In this document: positions 23,198 to 31,191 of the stretch, piece by piece | Position numbering within the stretch: position 1 is the first letter of the stretch | How the letters are laid out: every line of letters starts with the position of its first letter | From: Octopus sinensis | Lineage: Eukaryota | Reading direction: 5' to 3' | DNA length: 31,191 bases | Assembly (NCBI RefSeq): GCF_006345805.1 | Contig: NW_021832653.1 | Location: 1 to 31,191 of the forward strand | Notes under the pieces: generated by a model | What the model was told of the DNA's origin: nothing | The model's database searches: none | Seen by the model: the letters and a program-made list of their open reading frames with translations, nothing else | Made by a program: the position numbers and the translations under genes

Positions 23198-23344
23198 ATA
23201 TATATGTGTATGATTATGTGCGTGTTTTTATGTATATGTTTCAATCTGTTTAGTGTAGTAGCCTTAGACTGCTTCAAGCTCCGCTGTTAATTTGTCTCTT
23301 TATGTGTGTGACCATACCTGTGAACAGTAATGCAGGAGGCTGAG

Positions 23345-23620
23345 AAGAAAAAAAATGGTTCTCCACAGGGTCGACATAATTTCTTGGTTGCTTGTCTTGA
23401 AGGACCTCAGTATCCATCCTATCAGTTGCAGTACTTGGCTGCCATCTTGATAATGTGCATATAAAATGATGCATCATTGCAGATACTAATCCCCAAGTCT
23501 TTCACTGTTTCTGGCTCTGGGATTGTAGTGCCTTAGGGTCCTGTATTTGCAGGCTATAGTGCATTCGTAACTGCAGTGCTTGAAATTTTGAAGTTATGAT
23601 TACTGAACATATAATGACAA
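23345..23620 (-). mobile_element. Decayed CR1-clade LINE reverse-transcriptase C-terminal fragment
   Basis: The minus strand reads TIPEPETVKDLGISICNDASFYMHIIKMAAK then, frameshifted, GWILRSFKTSNQEIMSTLWRT. This matches the CR1/L2 KDLGV...F..HI...GWILRTF motif. Confidence 0.7.
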
Positions 23621-24126
23621 CTGGAAACAGTTGTAAGTCAAATTTACTACAATTTAAAGAAATATACTATGGCTATAACCGTCTCCGACCCTACCATGAG
23701 AATACGCTGAGTACTAACTTGGTGTACTAATAGCTTATAAATTCTTTTGCCCGGATTGATAATCCATCAGTAATAACTATATAAATACGGATAGTAACTC
23801 TATAAATACACATAGAAGGTGTACTTGTGTGTACATATATATGTATATAAATGGGAGCAAGTATCTGTATGCATACACATATGCATATAATTAATCAATA
23901 TAGGGTAGCAAAAAATTCAATAGAAATTTTTTCATCACCAGCGGTCTAGTGAGAGAGGGAAAATAGTCAGAGAGTATATATATAAATTCAACCACAATTG
24001 AGGAACGGCCTCAAATAGGCCATTCGACACACTAGAAAAAGCAGCCAGGACTCAAACCGCCAAGTAATAGTAATTCAGAAATTAAAGGAAAATTAAAAAA
24101 TATGCATATATATATATATGCATATA

Positions 24127-24557
24127 TGCATGCAGGACGGTCGCATGCCTAAAGACATCCTGTACAGCGAACTCACCATGGGATCCCGACCCAAGGGACG
24201 TCCACAGCTACGATACAGGGACTGGTGCAAGCGCGACCTGAGGACTGCCAACATCTGTGTGGACACGTGGGAGGAAACAGCTGCTGACCGCTCTGCCTGG
24301 CGTCGGACGGTGAGGAAAGGCGTTTCCATGGCTGAGGAGAGGAGAGCACAGCTGTGGTTGGACAGGCGGGACAGGAGGAGGACAACTGCAGCAACACCCC
24401 ACACGTACCCATCGATGTTCGTGTGCAGCAACTGTACCAAGGACTGCCACTCTAGAATTGGACTGTGCAGTCACAGCAGACGCTGCACATCATCAAAGTA
24501 GGCCCCACCCTTGGCGCAACCCATTGTCTATCAAGACAGACGGGGAATAAGAAGAAT
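24127..24557 (+). mobile_element. 5'-truncated RTE-clade LINE (ORF C-terminus, 3' UTR, short tandem tail)
   Basis: ORF 24118-24501 reads RMPKDILYSELTMGSRPKGRPQLRYRDWCKRDL...WEETAADRSAWRRTV...CSNCTKDCHSRIGLCSHSRRC, the canonical RTE C-terminus with a C2H2-like motif. It has an intact stop and a gaataagaagaataagaagaa tail, and is inserted in (TA)n. Confidence 0.92.
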
Positions 24558-24602
24558 AAGAAGAAAGATTATATATATATATATATATATATATATGCAT
24601 AT

Positions 24603-24656
<54 letters not shown>

Positions 24657-25104
24657 GAGACCGTGCGTGTTCATATATAGATTGTTTGCCTTTGTTCAAT
24701 TTCATTTCACTTGCTGCACTAAGTAATTTCGTTTTAAACATTTATGTATCTTTTATGCAATTCCCCCCAGTTATACCAATGTTCTACGTGCTTGGGTAAA
24801 AACCGTCTTTACTGACGAACTCAAGGGAAATAAGTCATTGTACTAAGAAAGAAAAACTCTCCATTTATACACATGTCAATGTTACAAAATTCTTTAAACT
24901 TCAAAATTCTCCTCATGCTATCTCGATTTCATTCGAATTATTCACAAGCGATCGATCAAACCAATTTGTAATCAGAAATATCAGTGTTAACTTTAAATTA
25001 TATATTATGTAGTGATTTAATCTTTGTCGTTTAGAATACACTGGCGCATCAGTGAGAGTTACTTTTGAAGCACAGTAGATTGATGCGTGTGCCTGTGTCT
25101 CCGG

Positions 25105-25128
25105 TGCGTATACACATATATATATATA

Positions 25129-25173
<45 letters not shown>

Positions 25174-25318
25174 ATATATATATTATATATACATATATAT
25201 ATATATATAACATATTATATATATAAAATATAAATCATATATATATTATATATATATATATATATTATATACACATATATTATATTATATATATATATAT
25301 CATATATCATATATAATA

Positions 25319-25357
<39 letters not shown>

Positions 25358-25505
25358 TTAAATATATATATATGTTATTTATAAATATATTTATATATAT
25401 ATATATGTATTCATATGCATATATATGTACATCTATATATACATATTTATATATATATATATATATAATATATATAATATATTATGTATATATGTATATA
25501 TGTTA
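25105..25505. repeat. Long degenerate (TA)n microsatellite
   Basis: Direct reading. Confidence 0.95.
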
Positions 25506-25557
<52 letters not shown>

Positions 25558-26155
25558 TGTGTACAGTGCTCAGTGCCACACAACTCATCTAAAGTGTATA
25601 TATAATCAGGTGTAGTTTCGGCGGATTTCGGAAAGCATGAGGGCCTTAAAAGATGCAGTGTCATGGCAGTCAACAACTGACGCAGGCAGTTTATTCCATG
25701 CTTCAGCAACTCTGAGCGTGAAAAAATGTTTCCGAAAGTCATGGGAGCTGTATTGTTTTCTCACTTGTAGGCATGTCCACGTGTGTTAGACACATGGAAA
25801 TCAAAAAGGTGTTCAGTGTTGTTGTTGGTGAGGTGGTTGAAACGTTGTGGGTGTTTACCAAGTCCGTCGCCAAACGCCGGAGCTTCAGTGAATCCATGCC
25901 CAGGGAAACAAGGCGCTCAGAATATGGTAGGTGTCTGATGGAGGGTATGCGTTTGGTTGCACGTCTCTGGACAGATTCCAGGAGGTCAATGTTCTGTGCA
26001 AGATAGGGGTTCCAAACTGATGATTGCGAATTCCAAGTGTGGTCGTACCATAGCTGTATACAGTTTTAAATAGATGGCTGGAGACGGCTAACAAAAGACT
26101 GCTGAGTGATGCCAAGACAACCTCGGCCTTCCTGACAATCTTAGAGATATGTCCA
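25506..26155 (-). mobile_element. 5'-truncated CR1-clade LINE 3' end with (TTA)n tail
   Basis: Minus-strand pieces (with frameshifts): YLKLYTAMVRPHLEFA.. / IDLLESVQRRATKRIPSIRHLPYSERLVSLGMDSLKLRRLATDL / TRGHAYK / DFRKHFFTLRVAEAWNKLP. The (AAT)n at 25506-25557 is the tail. Confidence 0.9.
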
Positions 26156-26181
26156 TGTATATCTATCTATATATATATATG

Positions 26182-26250
<69 letters not shown>

Positions 26251-26497
26251 TATCATATCATATATTAACTGGCGATAGGGTTATAATTCTGGGTGGTCTA
26301 TTTAATTTTGTAACCTGAATATGAACTAAATCTACTAACATTTGTCACAATCTGTTTTTATATGTATATACAGATAGATATCTTTTATCTTTTACTCGTT
26401 TCAATTAGTAAACCGAGGCTACGCCGGGCCACGCCTTGGAATGATTTTAGTCAAATGTATCAACACCACCACTTTTTATTTAAAGCCTGGTACTTAT

Positions 26498-26542
<45 letters not shown>

Positions 26543-26554
26543 GTGTTTTGTTTT

Positions 26555-26836
26555 GTTTGTTCCTTCTCGAGCTACGCCTGGCTCATAGGGCCAGTTTCGC
26601 GGTGTTCTCGGCGTATAGGTTCCCCACCTGGACGGGATGGGTAACCGGTCCGACGCAAGTGATCTGCAAGATGCAGGAGGAAAGAGTGAGAGAAAGTTGT
26701 GGCGAAAGTGTAAGCAGCAGTTCGCCATTACCATCTGCCGGGACCCTAGGTGTTTCGCTCATAAACAAACACATCTGAGATTCGAACCCGCGATCCCTCG
26801 ATTTTAAATATTGGTTTCGAACGTTACCACACGGCC
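26555..26836 (-). mobile_element. SINE sharing the family D middle region but with a different 3' end
   Basis: The minus strand has ggatcgcgggttcgaatc (B box), gtttatgagcgaaacaccta and ctttcgccacaactttctctcactc as in 6320-6710. It then continues with an unrelated tail ending gaaggaacaaacaaaacaaaac. Confidence 0.7.
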
Positions 26837-26854
26837 GCCAATTTAGGCGTCGTG

Positions 26855-27021
26855 ATACATCGATTACACCGACCTCATAGTTCAAATGGTACTTGTTTAT
26901 CGACCCCAAAAGGATGTGAAAGATGTCGACTGCGACGAAATTTATACTCAGAACGAAAAGTTAATGGCAATACCGCTATTCATTTCTCCTGACGTGCTAA
27001 CAGTTGCACCAGTCGTCGCCT
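26855..27021 (-). mobile_element. Diverged SINE family B copy
   Basis: ggtacttgtttatcgaccccaaaaggatg...gtcgac...aaatttatactcagaacg...gtgctaacagttgcaccagtcgtcgcct matches 5849-6078. Confidence 0.7.
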
Positions 27022-28359
27022 AAGAGATATATAACTAGTATATGGTTAATTGGCACATGATTAGTTATCCTGGGAATAAATGCGATGCATCTGGTATGTA
27101 TTAGAACACATCTCCCTTCCTTAAGTAACGAACTATAATGAACTATAGTACAGAGAAACATAATGAATGAATTATTGAAATCAATGACATTTAATGAATA
27201 AATGATTAAAATGCCAGTTAATGAATGACTGATTAAAATATATGGCGTTAATTAAATGGCAACAACACCTGCTTATGCCCCGGGTAGAACACAATAATTT
27301 TCCGTAGAATTTTGTTGATACATTAGCAGGGTTTGTATTTTGCAGACGGAATATATGTACAAGGCCATCGAATAGTTGCGTAACTGTGTGAAATTTTTCT
27401 TTTTGGGTGTATATATCACTGTGTGTATCTACATTTGAAGATACATTAGCAGGGTTTGAACTCAAAGTATATACTGATGTTAAAAATATATCAGGAAATA
27501 TTAAGGGCAGTGCTGTAACAATTCTGCCAGGGTCAGAAATACAAACTTGTAATGCTATGTATAACTTATTTAAGTGCCTGCTCCAGGTGACCGGGGCTGC
27601 CTCTAGCTTTGTAAATTTGGATATTCGAATTAAATAATATTGGATATTGTACAATGCATCAGCGTTGCTTTTAATTTAATGAGCTTCCGTTACACGGCTT
27701 CCATATGTCCGTATATGCGTTGTGTGTTCGTGGACGCATATGTGTGTATGTGTGAGTATGTTTGCATGTGTGTGTGTGTGGTGTGTGTGTGTGTGTGCGT
27801 GCGTGTATTGCATTTATAGTTAGTTATATTCTAGCATTCTACGATCAAAGTACGAGATTAAGAGATTAATCGATACATATAGCAGTAGTTAATAATATAT
27901 TTATTAAACCTCTCTATCCTTGCAGACGTTACTTACTTATCGGGTCATATCTCACCAGGCTTTATTCCGATGGCATTTCAATGCATCACGATTCGTTTAT
28001 AAACATGTGATTATGATGGTAACAACAACAACAACAACAACAAGAACGGCAACTACAACAAAAACAATAATAATGGATAAATAGATGTATAAATAAATAT
28101 GTAATGGGATTAGACTTGACATTGAGAGTAGCTTCTGAAAGTGTATTACTTATTTCTGTTGCGGCTTCAATATATCAAGTAACTTAAATCAGTCGTAAAC
28201 TGGTACAGTTTATCCAAAAAGAGATAAATGTATGAACAATTTCTGTGTTTCTGTGTACACTAACGTGTTGATTTCGACTCAATTTCGAACAATGCTATTG
28301 CTAGAGTGTTCTCTTAAACATGAGAAACAATCGTGTGGTTTACCACGCTGCTAAGAACT

Positions 28360-28800
28360 TACCATTTTGCAAACATATGGTAATTATTAGTGCCTCTTTT
28401 AGTGTTGGTTGCACTGCTGTTTGGGGAGGAATCTACCTAAAACTTTGCATTCTCTCGCCAGCACATCCTTTTCTACAACTCATGCAAGCAGAGATATTGT
28501 ATCCTGAATAGTAAACAGATTATTTCTTCTCTGTGGCTCTGCTGCTGACACCTAAGATCTGACTTACTCTGACAGAAATGACAGCATTTATTACATGTTA
28601 AATCGAGTTGTGTGTTAACATGCTCAGGTAAAATAATATCAACACTTTTACTAAAATCACACTTGAAAATTTCATACACGGCAGGATTTTGCTCAAATTC
28701 AATCTTTCATCATGCACTACTGACCACCACAATGGACAAACTAGAGCGAGGTTTTTCCCATAGTATTATCTCCCACGCTCACACGTTTTTATTTCATTCC
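28360..28800 (-). pseudogene. Possible degraded Rho/Ras-like small GTPase sequence
   Basis: The minus strand has a G1-like KRVSVGDNTMGKTSL* (28782-28744). A second frame has the effector-like FEQNPAVYEIF (28697-28665) and the G4-like SKSDLR (KSDLR at 28565-28551). No G3 (DTAGQ) is present, and there are stops and a frameshift. Confidence 0.35.
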
Positions 28801-30519
28801 TCCCTTGAATAATCATTTATTCCGTAGTGTGGGAGGATTGGGATCATCCACAAATGGGTGAGTCGCAAAAGCTCCAGTACCAGCAAAGCTGAAAGTCTGA
28901 GGACACACATTATTTAGAATCGAGTTTCTAAATTCATTGCGCTCTAGACATACATGATAGGAAGTGTGGGGTTCTTCCATATAGTGTCCTTCAAAGACGA
29001 TTGCGAACCAGTATATACCTCTTACGTGTTACCAAAATGAGAGGCTGACCATACATTCCATATTTCAATATGGTTCTCAACCAAATATTTAATTTTAAGT
29101 TTTGAATCACCAGAAGAAAATCAAAGTGCCATGATGTAATCGGTTTATTTGTCAATATAAAAACACTTCTGAAACAGCTGTAGTGAACATCAACCCATTT
29201 TAAAACCCATATATATAAATAAAACATGTGTGTGTATACATATAGATATATGTGTGTGTGAGTGTATGCCTATAATTATTTATAAATTCTTACAGATAAG
29301 CCAGTGCTGCTAGCAACTTTTATCACACATGTATGAATAACCATCAAATTCTGACTAAGAAACCTAGACACAACACATATTTGAACCACATAAAATTATA
29401 CAGAAGAGGCCACGTACATGCAAACACATGTAGATAATTACAGAAACCCAAACAACCTAATAGATATAATTTCTTTTAGGAAAATCGGTAGAAATGAAGA
29501 CAAAAAAACAAAAATAAAAAGTGAAAAATATCATGATTCTACAGACCAATAGCTGCAAATTATCAGAAATTGTCCATTCTTCTTGAAAAGCTGATATTCT
29601 CATCGGAGATTCGGAACCGAAATATACATAAAAAAAAATAGGAGTGAGGGAAACGAAAAAGGGAATAAGAAATAGAGAGGAGAATGAGAAAGCAGAATGA
29701 GAAAGAGGGAGGGAAAATACTAAAAGAAAAACTATATGAAATAAAATAAACTTTTAAGTAATATATAAATAGTTAGAAGAATGGTTTGAACTCTGACAAA
29801 GTAAAAATTTCTAATCAGTTTTGCAATAAAGGTGAGATAAAAATCTAAGATAAAGCAGTTTATGTGTCTAATGTTTCATGTCTGGAAAACAGAAAAAGAA
29901 CAACAGAATATATATATATAAAAAAATAGAATGTTAGAAGAAAAAGAAACGGAAAAAATAGAAGTAAAGAAATGCAACGTCAATCGAAAACAACCAAAAG
30001 AAAACTCGAACAGAAAAAAAATGAGAATCAATGAGAGATAACTTGTTTGATAAAGTGAGGTAAGAATTTTTAATTACTTTTTAGAATTAAGGATGGTTGC
30101 TTCTTTTATGTGTCTATATTTGTTGTGAAAAGAAAACAGACATAAATATACAAAAAATTAAATAAAACCAAAAAGGACTCTAGAAATAGAAAAATACATA
30201 AACACAAAATGCGTCACAGGTTCAAGGATATAATTATTCTCTATTCTATTGCTTTGCGTTTTTTTTTTTCTAATTTGTTAATTCTTATCAATTTTACTTT
30301 ATCTTATTTTGTCGCATTTATCCATTGTTTGTGTTGGAATTGTTTGTGGATTTTTATCAAGGGATGTCAGAATAATCGTGCGCATAAGTGTAGCTATTCC
30401 CTCTGGCGTAAGAAACGAATATCAACGACATTCGTTCTTTACTCAGGAAGTGAGTTTCAAATCACATTCTCTGAAAAAGCTCACAAGTAAAAGAAAATAC
30501 ATATACTTATATTATACAT

Positions 30520-30769
30520 AAATACTTTGATTATATATATATGCATATATAATATATATATATATATATTATATATATAATATATATATATTATATATAT
30601 ATATATATAAATGCACGTGTGTGTGTGTGTGTGTGGGTTGTGTCTATGTAATATGGATATAAACAGATATATTACGCGTTTGAGTGAGAGAAAAAAAAGA
30701 CAGTGAAAGAGAGTGAGAAAGAAAAAGAGAGAAGAGAGAGAGAGAGTGAAATAATGAAAGGGCAATAGT

Positions 30770-30800
<31 letters not shown>

Positions 30801-30835
30801 GCAGAGGGCGAAAGAGAAAGAGAAGTTAATGAAGG
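30520..30835. repeat. (TA)n, (GT)n and (GA)n/purine-rich simple repeats
   Basis: Direct reading; source of the SLSL-rich ORF 30644-31084. Confidence 0.9.
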
Positions 30836-31020
30836 ACAGAAAAAAACAAAGATAAGCAGTATTGGAAATGAGTAATTGGCTCCCAGCTCGGAATTACGAC
30901 TGAAATGTCGGTCGCGAGAAATTCGAATATGTACATTCATACTCATACATACAAACACACATATATGCATTATGCATACATACAAACATAATACATACAC
31001 CACACACACAACACACACAC

Positions 31021-31069
<49 letters not shown>

Positions 31070-31095
31070 CACACACACATACACACATGCATCAG

Positions 31096-31191
31096 AGGTG
31101 TAGGCGTGGGTGTATGATAAGAGGCTTGCTTCTAAATCACATCATTCCGGGTTCAGGTTCAGTCTTACTGCGGGGTACTTTTAGCGAATAT
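31096..31191 (+). mobile_element. Diverged SINE family A head, cut by the window end
   Basis: ggtgtaggcgtgggtgtatgataagaggcttgcttc...ttccgggttcaggttcagtcttactgcggggtac resembles the family A head. Confidence 0.6.

Noticed and set aside
24093-24741. Minus-strand ORFs overlapping 24118-24501
   Set aside because: They are antisense frames of the GC-rich RTE fragment or microsatellite translations.
29400-30200. A-rich purine-skewed stretch as a regulatory or coding element
   Set aside because: Low complexity with no ORF, repeat unit or recognisable motif.

Overview
AT-rich, repeat-dense eukaryotic DNA, most likely intronic or intergenic sequence from an octopus or other coleoid cephalopod. The organism call is an inference from the tRNA-derived SINE families, long (TA)n/(CA)n/(AAT)n tracts and the LINE mix. 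No intact protein-coding gene is supported, and most ORFs in the track are microsatellite artefacts. Identifiable content: at least four tRNA-derived SINE families in many copies, a 5'-truncated RTE LINE, two CR1-type LINE fragments, a decayed Tc1/mariner transposase, two MITEs and a three-copy tandem array of a non-autonomous Helitron plus its 3' flank. There are also Penelope-like termini carrying minimal hammerhead-ribozyme motifs arranged as inverted pairs. Several unique stretches (about 14.9-15.2, 16.9-17.5, 18.8-20.3, 27.2-27.7 and 28.3-29.2 kb) look like decayed coding sequence, one with Rho-like GTPase motifs, but none can be named securely. The best leads are the back-to-back hammerheads and the Helitron read-through concatemer. 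I found no convincing wholly new system. All translations and folds were done by eye.
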